From an uncultured Aliarcobacter sp. (GTDB lineage: Bacteria > Campylobacterota > Campylobacteria > Campylobacterales > Arcobacteraceae): 64,000 nucleotides of DNA. The position numbers and the translations under genes were made by a program. Shown piece by piece: positions 43,298 to 54,000 of the stretch. The notes beneath the pieces were generated by a model. It was not told where the DNA came from. It did not search any database and worked only from the letters and a program-made list of their open reading frames with translations. The stretch lies in contig CAXXLV010000001.1 of assembly GCA_963664305.2 (NCBI GenBank), forward strand, positions 256,001 through 320,000, read 5' to 3'. Each line of letters starts with the position of its first letter. The first letter of the stretch is position 1.

Positions 43298-44583
43298 TTA
43301 TATATTTATATATGAAAATATATATAAAACTACAATACTAATAAAATACATCTTAAAACTATAAAATATATTTAATTTAAATATCTCTCTTGCATCAAAA
43401 TTATATCTTGAAACTATAGTCAGATTAGAACCACTAAAAGGTGAAGTAGCAACTGTAGTAGCCCAAGCCATCAAAAAAACTAATGCCAATAAAGTATGAT
43501 TTACTTGATTTAATAAATCTCCAACTATTGCAATTGTAATAAGAGGATGAATTCCTATAAATCCTAAAAAAATAAAAATTGCTAATAAAATAGAAGCAAT
43601 AATCCAATCAAATTGTTCAAATGGAAGTTCTAAATTCAATCCTAAAAGAAATGAGCTCATTATAACACCAAACATTCCAGCAACTAAGAAAAGTGAAATT
43701 TCCCCTTTCATTTTGGAAGTTCATAAAAAATATGAGTTTTTATCTCAATTATTGCTTTTTTCATATTTATTTTAATTGGTAAAATTACAAATACCAATAA
43801 AAATGAGAATAGAGATATCAAAATAATAACTTTAACATTAGGGAAAAAGTAATTTGTCATTAATACTAAAAAAGCCAAAGACAAAGGTAAATATAAACTA
43901 CTTAAAGAAATAGGATAACCTTCAAATTCATTTATTAAATTTTTTTTATCATTTTTCACTTCAATATAAGTAATTAAAAATCCAATTATAGACAAGATTA
44001 ATCCATTTATTAAAATTATTGAAGTATTTAATTTTGGCATATAAACAACAGCTGCTGCAAATGCAACAAAAAAAGGTGACCAATATGCATCATTTGCAAA
44101 AGAACGGCTAAGCAATATGATTTGAGTATTTGTTAAAATGTTTTTCTTATACATCTTATCTGCAATTAAAATAAGAGCTGAAAGATTTATAACTGATGCA
44201 AATAAATGAACTCCTAAATAAGTTTTTATAAATGAATTTATACCTTTTGGTGGAATTTCATTTATATCTGTTTTATTTGGAATTGCTATTAACCTCAAAA
44301 AACCAACTCCAATTAATAATGTAATTAAATATTGATTTACCGTAAAAATATTATAAAAATTTATTGTAAAAGAATTAAATAAGCATATTAATAAAAAAAT
44401 AAAACTCAACGATAATAAAATCAACAAAAGTTTTTTCTTTTGTAAAGTTTTAAAAAATATAAAAAAAGAAATCCAAGCACATAAACCTGAAATTATCAAT
44501 AAATCTTTATAAAAAAAGTATGCACAAATACTTAATATAAAAGACAAAAATATTAAGATACCTATTAAATATGAACTATTCAT
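43298..44583 (-). pseudogene. Membrane transporter-like gene split into two ORFs (43708-44583 and 43298-43711) by an apparent 1-nt frameshift
   Basis: Junction reads CTT CCA AAA TGA AAG; one extra A gives the continuous ...ELPK-MKGEISLF...; both halves are hydrophobic. Confidence 0.6.
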
Positions 44584-44585
44584 AA

Positions 44586-45461
44586 TTAAATAAATAAAAA
44601 ATAAAGAACAATTGGAATTATAAATAAACTAGCTATATTTCCAATTGCAACTATAGAAGCAACTGCTCCTGAATCATGACCATATTTTTCAGCCATAAGT
44701 GAATTTACTACAGCAGGTGGCATTGCACCAAAAAGTATCAATAAACTCTTTTGCAAAGGTGTGTATTCAAAAAAATATATTGCAATTAATGCCATAATTA
44801 TTCCAGAAAGAGGACAAAGAATTGCCCCAAGTATTCCTATTTTTAAATGAGAAAAATTAATATTAGATAACCTAACTCCCAATGAAAACAAAATCAATGG
44901 AATAGAAATTTGAGATAACATAATCAATGGTTCATTAAATAATTGTGGTAAATGAAATCCAAAATAGTTAAATAACAAACCAATAATTGTTGCTAAAATC
45001 ACAGGATTTTTAAATAGATTTATTAGTTTTACTTCTCCACCATACATTACTATCGCTATTGTGAATTGCCCAATAATTTGAATTATAGATAAGGCTATAA
45101 ATAAAGCCATTGCTTCATGACCAAAAGCAAATAAAGCCAAAGGTAAACCCAAATTTATAGAATTATTAAACATCATAGAAGGTAAAAAAGTTCGTGGATT
45201 GATTTTTAAAATTTTTGTTAATGGATATAAGATTAAACCTGAACCTAAAACCACTATAACTGCACCAAATGAAAAACTTGTTAATGTTGTAATGGAAGGT
45301 AATTTTTCACTTATTGCATAAAAAACCAATATTGGTATAAAAACATCAAGATTTATTTTATTTGGTATTTCCATACTAACTTTTTCTTTTTTAGCATAAA
45401 AATATCCTATAAGTGCAATCAATATTACAGGGAATATAATTTCAAAAATTTTAAGTACCAT
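44586..45461 (-). CDS. AEC (auxin efflux carrier/malate permease) family transporter
   Basis: FNNSINLGLPL..FAFG, KNPVILA, IPLILFSLG, AMPPAV. Confidence 0.88.
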   Translation of the reverse strand: MVLKIFEIIFPVILIALIGYFYAKKEKVSMEIPNKINLDVFIPILVFYAISEKLPSITTLTSFSFGAVIVVLGSGLILYPLTKILKINPRTFLPSMMFNNSINLGLPLALFAFGHEAMALFIALSIIQIIGQFTIAIVMYGGEVKLINLFKNPVILATIIGLLFNYFGFHLPQLFNEPLIMLSQISIPLILFSLGVRLSNINFSHLKIGILGAILCPLSGIIMALIAIYFFEYTPLQKSLLILFGAMPPAVVNSLMAEKYGHDSGAVASIVAIGNIASLFIIPIVLYFLFI

Positions 45462-45478
45462 TTTTAAAATTCTTCAAA

Positions 45479-46417
45479 TTATTTTTTATAATAAATAAAT
45501 TCTAACAATGTAGAAATTGTTCTTGTATAGGGAGCATCTAAACCTAAAGCTTCACAATTTTTTATTACTACATTACAAATTTCATCTAATTCTAATTCTC
45601 TATTATTTTCAACATCTACTAACATTGATGGTTTTATTGAATCAAATTTTGTAATTAATTCAAACATTTCATCTACTTCTTCTTTTGGAATTTTTATTCC
45701 TTTATTTAAAGCTGCTTGAGCTGTTTCATTCATCAATCCATAAACAATTTTTGATAACTTTTCATGTTGCATAATAACACCAGTTTTTTCTCTTAAAAGT
45801 GCACAAATTGCATTTACACCATTATTGATTATCAATTTTTTCCAAAGTTCAAGATTTATATTTTGAGATATTTGTGTTGGAATTTTTGCTTCGTTAAATA
45901 CCTTTTCTAATTTTTGTAAAAATATTTGATTTTCTTCAGTTTTTTCAATAGCACCTAAAATTGTTTCAGCTGTTCCAGTAGCACTAATAAATGCAGGACT
46001 TACAATATGAGCGCCTATTTTTCTCGTAAGTCCTGCAATTATATGTGTTTTAATCAAATTAGTAGAAAGGATCTCTTCGTTATCTACACCATTTTGAAGT
46101 GAGATAACGTAGGGAATGTTTTTTTCATTACCAAACCAACTCTGCAAATGTTTTGATAATGATATAGTTGAAGTCGATTTAGTGGCAATTAGAACAGCAT
46201 CAAAAGAAAAAATGTTCATCTCTTTAACTTGGGAGAGTGAATGTGAGATAACTTTTTTTTGAAAATGAAATTCTGGGTGATGCAACTTCAACTCATTTTG
46301 CTGTAAAGCTTCTAACTGCTTTCCTCTTGCAACAAAGACTACATCATGTGCTGCCTCGATTAATCTTGCGCCAAAATAAGAGCCTATACCACCAGTACCC
46401 AGAATTAAAAATTTCAT
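45479..46417 (-). CDS. panE: 2-dehydropantoate 2-reductase (ketopantoate reductase family)
   Basis: GTGGIG, SLQNGV, LWKKLIIN, KPSMLVD...ELE. Confidence 0.85.
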   Translation of the reverse strand: MKFLILGTGGIGSYFGARLIEAAHDVVFVARGKQLEALQQNELKLHHPEFHFQKKVISHSLSQVKEMNIFSFDAVLIATKSTSTISLSKHLQSWFGNEKNIPYVISLQNGVDNEEILSTNLIKTHIIAGLTRKIGAHIVSPAFISATGTAETILGAIEKTEENQIFLQKLEKVFNEAKIPTQISQNINLELWKKLIINNGVNAICALLREKTGVIMQHEKLSKIVYGLMNETAQAALNKGIKIPKEEVDEMFELITKFDSIKPSMLVDVENNRELELDEICNVVIKNCEALGLDAPYTRTISTLLEFIYYKK

Positions 46418-46431
46418 TTTATACCTTTTGA

Positions 46432-47253
46432 TTATTTCTCAGAAAAGAAGTTTAATAATAGATTATTAAATCTGTCTTTATGTTCAATTTGCGTCCAATG
46501 TCCACATTGTCCAAAAACATGTAATTGAGATTTTAATATAAGTTGATTTAATCTAATTGAATTTTGTAAAGGAATAACTTTATCTTCTCTTCCATGTATA
46601 ATTAAAACTTCTTTATCAATTTTTTTGATGTCATTTTCACAACTCATCATAGAATCAACACCATTTTGTCTAGGAGCTGGGAACATTGAACCAAATGATT
46701 CTTGGAATCCTGGTCTAATACTTGCTTCATATCTCATCTTTGCTAAGTCATCAGTTACAATACTTCTATCATAAGCAAAAATATCAAGTAATTCTTTCAT
46801 ATTTTCAATACTTGGAGTATATCCCCATGCTTTATCTAAACCATAAGTCAAATCAAAATAAACCCCAACGGCACCCATTAAAACAACTTTATTAAATCTA
46901 TTTGGATATTTAATAGTTAAAGCTAAAGCTAAAGCTCCACCAAAAGAGTTACCAACTAAATTTGTTTTTTCAATACCTAATGCATCCATTAAATCAATAG
47001 TTTGTTGAACCCATGTATCCATATTATATGTAATACCTTCTGGTCTATCTGAGTATCCAAACCCAACCATATCAGGAGCAATAACTCTGAATTTTTCAGC
47101 TAAAACTGGCATAGTACCTCTCCAATTAGCATAAGCTGAAACACCTGGTCCTGAACCATGAATAAACATAATTGGTTCACCACTACCTAAATCATGATAA
47201 TTTGTATTAAAACTTCCTGTTTTAATATTATTTGCAATTTCTGGATTTGACAT
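46432..47253 (-). CDS. dmpD: 2-hydroxymuconate semialdehyde hydrolase (DmpD/XylF)
   Basis: HGSGPGVSAYANW, GNSFGG nucleophile elbow, HGREDKVIP, CGHWTQIEH. Confidence 0.93.
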   Translation of the reverse strand: MSNPEIANNIKTGSFNTNYHDLGSGEPIMFIHGSGPGVSAYANWRGTMPVLAEKFRVIAPDMVGFGYSDRPEGITYNMDTWVQQTIDLMDALGIEKTNLVGNSFGGALALALTIKYPNRFNKVVLMGAVGVYFDLTYGLDKAWGYTPSIENMKELLDIFAYDRSIVTDDLAKMRYEASIRPGFQESFGSMFPAPRQNGVDSMMSCENDIKKIDKEVLIIHGREDKVIPLQNSIRLNQLILKSQLHVFGQCGHWTQIEHKDRFNNLLLNFFSEK

Positions 47254-47271
47254 ATTTTCTCCTTAATAATT

Positions 47272-48276
47272 TTATAAATTGAACTCTTTTGCTAAGAGTT
47301 CATAAGATTTCATTCTATCTTCAAATGAGTAAGTTACATTTACAATCATAACTTCCTCTACACCATACTCTAAAGCTAATTTTTCTATTTTTTCTTTGCA
47401 CTCTTTTGGAGTTCCTAAAATCATAGAATCTAACGTTTCTTTATAATAAGCTTTATCTTCAAAACTTAATTCTTCATACAATTTTTCAACATCACTTGGG
47501 CTATGTAATCCATCACGAGTAGGATGTCTAAATGCCTGAACTTTCCAATATGTATGCGAACATGCTATCTCTTGCGCTTTTTCTTTTGAATCAGAACAAA
47601 TACAAGCAACAGCAATCATTGCTTTTGGTTTTTTAAAATTTTTAGATGCTTTAAAATTTTTTTTGTAACTATCTATAATTTGTATTGGTCTATCATGAGT
47701 TCCAATAAATAGTGCTAAACAAAAACCAGCACCTAATTTTCCAGCTAAAATACTACTTCCATCACTAGAACCAAGTAAATAAACAGGTGTAGAATTAACA
47801 TTTTTAGGAGATAGATTTACTCCATAAAAATAATCATTTTTAGGAACTTTATCATCCAAATAATTTATAAGATCATAGGCTTTTTTAGTATAATCTCCAC
47901 TATTTGAATTATGTAAGGCACGAGCAGCTAAAAAATTAGCGCCATTTGCTCTTCCAATTCCTAAATCAATTCTATTATTATGTAAAGCACTTAGTGTATT
48001 AAAAGTTTCAGCAACTTTAAATGCACTATAATGATTTAACATAACACCACCACTTCCAACTCTAATAGTTTTAGTTGCATCTGCAATTGTACTTACCATT
48101 ATTTCTGGACATGCACTTGCATATCCAGGAGTGTCATGATGTTCTGCACACCAATATCTGTAATAACCTAATTCTTCACATCTAGTTGCTAGTTTTATAG
48201 TGTCAAATAAGGCTTCTTTATCTTCTTTTCCATCATGTATTGGTGATTGATCAAGTACACTTAATTTTAAATTCAT
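47272..48276 (-). CDS. Luciferase-like (LLM class) flavin-dependent oxidoreductase
   Basis: LSVLDQSP, RYWCAEHH, IRVGSGGVML.HYS..KVAE.F, RIDLGIGRA. Confidence 0.9.
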   Translation of the reverse strand: MNLKLSVLDQSPIHDGKEDKEALFDTIKLATRCEELGYYRYWCAEHHDTPGYASACPEIMVSTIADATKTIRVGSGGVMLNHYSAFKVAETFNTLSALHNNRIDLGIGRANGANFLAARALHNSNSGDYTKKAYDLINYLDDKVPKNDYFYGVNLSPKNVNSTPVYLLGSSDGSSILAGKLGAGFCLALFIGTHDRPIQIIDSYKKNFKASKNFKKPKAMIAVACICSDSKEKAQEIACSHTYWKVQAFRHPTRDGLHSPSDVEKLYEELSFEDKAYYKETLDSMILGTPKECKEKIEKLALEYGVEEVMIVNVTYSFEDRMKSYELLAKEFNL

Positions 48277-48284
48277 AATAAATT

Positions 48285-48476
48285 TTATTTACCTAACTTT
48301 TTGGCACTTTTCCCACCAATACCAAAGTGTTGTTTAGGCATTTCATTTATAATTACCCTAACACTTTCAATTGGTGTATCAAGAGATTCAGCAATCGCAA
48401 TACTTACTTTCTCAATCAATGCCTCTTTTTTTTCGTCACTTCTACCTTCAATAATATTTATTGTTGCAATTGGCAC
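48285..48476 (-). CDS. dmpI: 4-oxalocrotonate tautomerase
   Basis: GTG start, catalytic Pro-1 (MPIA), [14 protein letters not shown]. Confidence 0.95.
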   Translation of the reverse strand: MPIATINIIEGRSDEKKEALIEKVSIAIAESLDTPIESVRVIINEMPKQHFGIGGKSAKKLGK

Positions 48477-48485
48477 GAGTTTTCC

Positions 48486-49274
48486 TTATACAAATTTCAT
48501 TGATAAAGTTCCTAAATCTTGGAACTTAACAGTTACATTATCGCCTTTTTTTACACTCATTGCAGCTGTAATTGCACCTGAAAGGATATACGTTCCAGCT
48601 TTTAGGATTTCACCTCGTTCACTTAACATATTTGCTAACATTGCAATTGCAGTTGCAGGATGTCCTAAAACAGCAGCACCAGCTCCAAGTTGAACAACTT
48701 CTCCATTGATTTCCATTACAACACCTAGAGTTTTTAGGTCTAAGTCTTTAATATCTCTCATTCTTCCACCAGTTACATATCTTGAAGATGAAGAGTTATC
48801 AGCAATTACAGATTTTAAATCAAATTTAAAATCTTTATATCTTGAATCTATAATTTCAACAGCTGGCATAACAAAATCAGTGGCAGCTAATACATCACCA
48901 ATATGACAACCTGGACCTTGTAAATCATCTTTTAAAATGAAAGCTATTTCAGCTTCTACTTTTGGATGAATTAACTCATCAATTTTAATTTCAGCTCCAT
49001 CACCATATGCAAAATAATCAGCTAAATAACCATAACAAGGATTTGGAACACCCATTTGTTTCATTTTAGCTTGAGAAGTAAGACCCATTTTCATACCAAC
49101 AATTTTATGCCCTCTTGCTTCTTTTGCTTTTCGTGCTGTCCATTGAATATCATATGCATCTTCATATGTCATTTCTGGATAATCATCTGTAATTTTAGTA
49201 ATTTCATGTGCATTTAGCTCAGCATCTTCACAATGCTTTGCTAATTTTTCTATTGTTGCTTTATCTAATGCCAT
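48486..49274 (-). CDS. dmpH: 4-oxalocrotonate decarboxylase
   Basis: KMGLTSQAKMKQMGV, HPKVEAEIAF, FDLKSVIADNSSS. Confidence 0.93.
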   Translation of the reverse strand: MALDKATIEKLAKHCEDAELNAHEITKITDDYPEMTYEDAYDIQWTARKAKEARGHKIVGMKMGLTSQAKMKQMGVPNPCYGYLADYFAYGDGAEIKIDELIHPKVEAEIAFILKDDLQGPGCHIGDVLAATDFVMPAVEIIDSRYKDFKFDLKSVIADNSSSSRYVTGGRMRDIKDLDLKTLGVVMEINGEVVQLGAGAAVLGHPATAIAMLANMLSERGEILKAGTYILSGAITAAMSVKKGDNVTVKFQDLGTLSMKFV

Positions 49275-50302
49275 TATATTAATCCTCTCTCTCTTGCCAT
49301 ATCTAATGCTAAGTCTTCAATCATATCTTCTTGACCACCTACCATTCCTCTTCTTCCTAGTTCTAGTAAAAGTGTTCTTGCATCAATTCCATATTTTTCT
49401 TCTGCACGTCTTGCAAATAATAAAAATGATGAATAAACTCCAGCATATCCTAAAGTGATAGAATCCCTTGAAATTCTTGTAGGTTTTCCCATAATTGGTA
49501 ATGCAATATCTTCAGCAGCATCTTCAATTTTATGTAAATCAATTCCAGTTTCAACACCCATTCTATTTAATACTGCAACTAAAACTTCAGTTGCTGTATT
49601 TCCAGAACCTGCTCCAAATCCAGCAAGTGATGCATCAATTCTTGTTGCTCCTGCTTCGATAGCTGCAAGTGAGTTTGCTACACCCATTGACATATTATTA
49701 TGCCCATGGAAACCTAACTCAATATCATCACCAAACTCTTTTTTAAGAATTGCTATTCTTGCACTTACATCATCAGGAAGTAAATATCCAGCTGAATCCG
49801 TTGCATAAATAGTTTTTGCTCCATAAGAAACCATTTTTGCTGCTTCTTGAAGTAATTTTTCAGGAGTTACCATATGAGCCATCATTAAAAAACCAACAGT
49901 ATCTAATCCCATAGAAACCGCTGCTTTTATATGTTGAGCAGAACAATCTGCTTCTGTACAATGAGTTGCAACTCTAACAGTTGAAATTCCTTTTTTAACA
50001 GCTCTTTCTAAATCTTTTACAATTCCAATTCCAGGAAGTAAAAGAGCAGAAATTTTTGCATTTTTTACATTTGATACTGCACACTCAATCCACTCTTCAT
50101 CAGTATGTAAACCATATCCATAATTAAGTGAACTTCCACCTAAACCATCACCATGAGTTACTTCAATCATAGGAACACCAGCTTCATCCATAGCTTTTGA
50201 CATTGCAGCCATTTGGTCTAATGTAAATTGATGTCTAATAGAGTGCATTCCATCTCTTAAAGACATATCATGAATTGTTACTTTTTTACCTTTTAAATTC
50301 AT
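49274..50302 (-). CDS. dmpG: 4-hydroxy-2-oxovalerate aldolase
   Basis: [39 protein letters not shown]; start moved to ATG at 50302. Confidence 0.96.
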   Translation of the reverse strand: MNLKGKKVTIHDMSLRDGMHSIRHQFTLDQMAAMSKAMDEAGVPMIEVTHGDGLGGSSLNYGYGLHTDEEWIECAVSNVKNAKISALLLPGIGIVKDLERAVKKGISTVRVATHCTEADCSAQHIKAAVSMGLDTVGFLMMAHMVTPEKLLQEAAKMVSYGAKTIYATDSAGYLLPDDVSARIAILKKEFGDDIELGFHGHNNMSMGVANSLAAIEAGATRIDASLAGFGAGSGNTATEVLVAVLNRMGVETGIDLHKIEDAAEDIALPIMGKPTRISRDSITLGYAGVYSSFLLFARRAEEKYGIDARTLLLELGRRGMVGGQEDMIEDLALDMARERGLI

Positions 50303-50303
50303 G

Positions 50304-51188
50304 TTATTCTCCTTTGATTTTTTCAGCCATTTTTTCTGCAATGTTTGTTGCAGCAGCTGTGATAATGTCTAAGTTACCTGCATATTTTGGTAAATAATCT
50401 CCTAATCCTTCAACTTCTAAATAAATAGAAACTTTTTTACCATCAAAAACTGGTCCATTTTTTAATTTATATCCAGGTACAAATTGTTGTACTTTTTTTA
50501 CCATTTCATGAACTGATTTAGTAATTGCTTCTTTGTTTGGTTCAGCAACTGTTTGACAATGAACAGTATCTCTCATCATAAGTGGTGGCTCTGCTGGATT
50601 TAAAATAATAATAGCTTTACCTTTTTTTACATTTCCAACTCTTTCTATTCCAAGTTTTGTTGTTTCTGTAAACTCATCAATGTTTGCACGAGTACCTGGA
50701 CCTGCTGATTTAGAAGCAACTGTTGCAATAATCTCTGCATAATCAACTGCTTGCACAGAAGAAACAGCTGCAACCATAGGAATAGTTGCCTGTCCACCAC
50801 AAGTTACCATGTTTACATTTTGTGTATTTTGTGCTAATAATTCATCAATATTTACTGAAGGTACACAAAATGGACCAATAGCTGCAGGCGTTAAATCAAT
50901 TACCATAACTCCAAGTTCAGCTAATTTCCTATTATTTTCACCATGAACATATGCAGATGTTGCATCAAAAGCAATTTTCACCCCATCTTCTTTGATAAAA
51001 GGAAGTAATCCGTCAACACCTTCATGTGTTGTTTTCATTCCAGCATCTTTTGCTTTTTTTAATCCATCTGAATCTGGGTCAATTCCAACCATCCATAGTG
51101 GATTTAAGATTTCACTTCTTTGAAGTTTATACATTAAATCTGTACCAATATTTCCAGATCCAATTAATGCGCAATTTATTTTCATCAT
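50304..51188 (-). CDS. dmpF: Acetaldehyde dehydrogenase (acylating)
   Basis: [39 protein letters not shown]. Confidence 0.96.
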   Translation of the reverse strand: MMKINCALIGSGNIGTDLMYKLQRSEILNPLWMVGIDPDSDGLKKAKDAGMKTTHEGVDGLLPFIKEDGVKIAFDATSAYVHGENNRKLAELGVMVIDLTPAAIGPFCVPSVNIDELLAQNTQNVNMVTCGGQATIPMVAAVSSVQAVDYAEIIATVASKSAGPGTRANIDEFTETTKLGIERVGNVKKGKAIIILNPAEPPLMMRDTVHCQTVAEPNKEAITKSVHEMVKKVQQFVPGYKLKNGPVFDGKKVSIYLEVEGLGDYLPKYAGNLDIITAAATNIAEKMAEKIKGE

Positions 51189-51203
51189 TATTCCTTAAAA
51201 ATT

Positions 51204-51312
51204 GTCCCAATTTTGAAGGGACCTTTTCACTTAACGACTTCTTTTAACACAATGGCAAAGCCATTGTTAAAGAAGCAAACTCTAAAGAGAACAACGAGTT
51301 GTTCTTATCTTT
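51204..51312. repeat. Multi-hairpin intergenic element between dmpE and dmpF
   Basis: Three adjacent inverted repeats: GTCCC/GGGAC, ACAATGGC-AAA-GCCATTGT (extended by CTTCTTT/AAAGAAG), AGAACAAC-GA-GTTGTTCT. Confidence 0.6.
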
Positions 51313-52105
51313 ATACAAATCTACAAGAGGCAGAACCAATTCCACCAATGTTTATAGTCATATTATCACCTGGTTTAATTGTTACCATTGCACATAATGC
51401 ACCAGATAAAATAACCTCTCCAGCTTTTAAACCAACACCAAAAGAACCTAGTGTATTTGCAAGCCATGCTACAGCATTAACAGGACTTCCTAGTGCTGCT
51501 GCACCAGCTCCTGTGTGTAATAATTCTCCATTTCTTTCAAGTGTAATACCACAAGTTGTTAAATCAACATCTCTTGGGTCAACACCTTTTCCACCAAATA
51601 CGATATATCCACAAGAAGCATTATCTGCAACTGTATCTTGAATTTTTATTTTCCAATCTTTAATTCTTGAATCAACGATTTCAAAACATGGCATTACAAA
51701 TTTTGTAGCTCTTAACACATCAGCTGTTGTAACACCTGGTCCCATTAAATCTTCTTTTAAAACGAAAGCTATTTCACCTTCAGCTTTTGGTTGAATCATT
51801 CCTTTTGTTACATTGATTTCATCACCATCAGAATAAATCATATCAGATAATAGGTATCCAAAATCTGGCTGATGAACACCTAACATGTCCATAACAACCT
51901 TTGAAGTTACACCAATTTTTTTACCAATAATTCTTGATTTATCATCTTCCATTCTTCTTTTTAAAAAGTAATGTTGAATAGCATAAGCATCTTCAATTGT
52001 TGCATCAGCTTCTCTTGAAGAAATTGGTTCAATTGTATAATTACCTTTTAAAGCATCATATAGCTCATTTCCATATTTTTCTATTTTTTCATTTGTCATT
52101 GCCAT
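51311..52105 (-). CDS. dmpE: 2-oxopent-4-enoate hydratase
   Basis: GKKIGVTSK.V..MLGV.QPDFG, IQPKAEGEIAF, WKIKIQDTVADNASCG. Confidence 0.94.
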   Translation of the reverse strand: MAMTNEKIEKYGNELYDALKGNYTIEPISSREADATIEDAYAIQHYFLKRRMEDDKSRIIGKKIGVTSKVVMDMLGVHQPDFGYLLSDMIYSDGDEINVTKGMIQPKAEGEIAFVLKEDLMGPGVTTADVLRATKFVMPCFEIVDSRIKDWKIKIQDTVADNASCGYIVFGGKGVDPRDVDLTTCGITLERNGELLHTGAGAAALGSPVNAVAWLANTLGSFGVGLKAGEVILSGALCAMVTIKPGDNMTINIGGIGSASCRFV

Positions 52106-52115
52106 AATCAGCCCC

Positions 52116-53573
52116 TTACATTTTGATACAAATATTTTTTAATTCTGTATAGAATTCTAAAGAGTGATGACCACCTTCTCTTCCAATTCCAGAACCTTTC
52201 ATTCCACCAAATGGTGTTCTTAAATCTCTTAAGAACCATGAATTTACCCATACAATTCCTGAATCAATTTTTGAAGCAACTCTATGAGCTTTATCCAAGT
52301 CTTTTGTAAAAATTGTAGAAGCTAATCCATATTTCGTATCATTTGCCATTCTAATTGCTTCTTCTTCCGTATCAAATGGTTGAACATGACAACAAGGTCC
52401 AAATACTTCCTCTTTTACTACAGTTGCAGTTTCTGCTAAACCTGTCCAAATAGTTGGTTCTACCCAGAAACCATCTTTTAAATCACCTTCCATTTTAGGA
52501 GCACCACCACCTAAAACAACATTTGCACCCTCTTTTCTTGCAATTTCATAATATTCTAATACTTTATCTCTATGTGCAGCACTTACAACTGGTCCCATAT
52601 CAACTGACTCATCATGTTGAACACCTACTTTTAATTTTGAAGCAGATTCTTTTAATTTTGCTAAAAATTCATCAAAAATTGGTCTTTGAACATAAACTCT
52701 TTCTGTTCCTAAACAAACTTGACCTGAGTTAGCAAAACAAGATCTTGTAGTTTCATGAACAGCTTTTTCCATGTCACAATCAGCAAAAATAATAGCTGGG
52801 TTTTTTCCACCAAGTTCTAAAGATACATCTCTTACACCTTTTGAACATGCTTGCATAATCATTTCACCAGTTTTTGTTTCACCAGTAAATGTTATTGCAT
52901 CAATATCTGGATGAGAAGTAATTAAATTACCAGTAATTGAACCTTTTCCTTGAACAACATTATAAGCACCAGCTGGAACTCCAACTTTACTCATAACTTC
53001 ACCTAAAAGTGATGTTGTTGTAGGAGTAACTTGAGAAGGTTTAACAACAACTGTATTACCACAAGCCATTGCTGGACCTACTTTCCAAGTCATTAATAAT
53101 AAAGGTAAATTCCATGGAGAGATTACACCAATAACACCTTTTGGTTTTCTCATAGAATAATTAAATGCAGTTTTTCCATCTGGAGTGTCCATTCTATAAG
53201 CTTCATCTGCAACAGCCTTCATTGTGTCAGCAAATACTTTGAAGTTTGCAGCTCCTCTTGGAATATCAATATGTCTTGCGATTGAGTAAGGTTTTCCTGT
53301 ATCTAAACATTCTGCCTCTAAAAAATCATTAAATCGTCTATCAATCTCATTTGCAATTTCATACATCATAGCAATTCTGTCATTTAATTTCATTTGCCCC
53401 CATTCTCCTGTAAGTGCTGCTTTAGCAGCAGCAATTGCAGCGTTTACTTCAGGCTCTCTTCCAAGTGCTACTTTTGAAATTATTTCAGCAGTTGCAGGGT
53501 TATAATTATCAAAAAATTCTCCACATTGAGAATCCATAAATTGTCCATTAATATAGTGTTGTACTTTTTTCAT
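52116..53573 (-). CDS. dmpC: 2-hydroxymuconate semialdehyde dehydrogenase
   Basis: HIDIPRGAANF, PWNLPLLLMTWK, LELGGKN, GQVCLGTER, WVNSWFLRDLRT. Confidence 0.95.
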   Translation of the reverse strand: MKKVQHYINGQFMDSQCGEFFDNYNPATAEIISKVALGREPEVNAAIAAAKAALTGEWGQMKLNDRIAMMYEIANEIDRRFNDFLEAECLDTGKPYSIARHIDIPRGAANFKVFADTMKAVADEAYRMDTPDGKTAFNYSMRKPKGVIGVISPWNLPLLLMTWKVGPAMACGNTVVVKPSQVTPTTTSLLGEVMSKVGVPAGAYNVVQGKGSITGNLITSHPDIDAITFTGETKTGEMIMQACSKGVRDVSLELGGKNPAIIFADCDMEKAVHETTRSCFANSGQVCLGTERVYVQRPIFDEFLAKLKESASKLKVGVQHDESVDMGPVVSAAHRDKVLEYYEIARKEGANVVLGGGAPKMEGDLKDGFWVEPTIWTGLAETATVVKEEVFGPCCHVQPFDTEEEAIRMANDTKYGLASTIFTKDLDKAHRVASKIDSGIVWVNSWFLRDLRTPFGGMKGSGIGREGGHHSLEFYTELKNICIKM

Positions 53574-53998
53574 TATTTTAATCCTATCTTTTCAATTGCA
53601 TATTTTGCACATATAATATCTTCTTCTTCAGTTCCACCAGAAACACCAATTGCCCCAACTTTTACGTTTTCATCATCAAAAATTGGTAAACCACCACCAA
53701 AAGGAATTAATCTTTCTCTGTTTGAAAAACCTTGTTCCAAATGAGGCATTTGTTTAAAAATCTCTGTCCATTGTGCAGTTGGAAAACCAAAACTTGCACT
53801 CGTAAAAGCTTTGTTTTTTGCTATATCTATCGAATGGATAAATGAATTTTCCATTCTTAAAAAAGCCATTTCTAAACCTTTATTATCAACTACGCTCACA
53901 TTTATTGATATGTTTAATTCTTCAGCCTTTTTAACTGCAAAAAGACAAGCTTCCATAGAAGCCTGTCTTGATATAGATTTTTCTGTAATTATCTTCAT
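53573..53998 (-). CDS. GlcG/HbpS-like heme-binding protein (the NahX-type ORF of meta operons)
   Basis: VSVVD..G...FLRM, A.NKAFT, FGGGLP, GAIGVSGGTEEED. Confidence 0.88.
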   Translation of the reverse strand: MKIITEKSISRQASMEACLFAVKKAEELNISINVSVVDNKGLEMAFLRMENSFIHSIDIAKNKAFTSASFGFPTAQWTEIFKQMPHLEQGFSNRERLIPFGGGLPIFDDENVKVGAIGVSGGTEEEDIICAKYAIEKIGLK

Positions 53999-54000
53999 TC

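Noticed and set aside
51213..51641. 142-aa plus-strand ORF overlapping dmpE and the hairpin element
   Set aside because: Antisense shadow of a well-conserved gene; no recognisable motif
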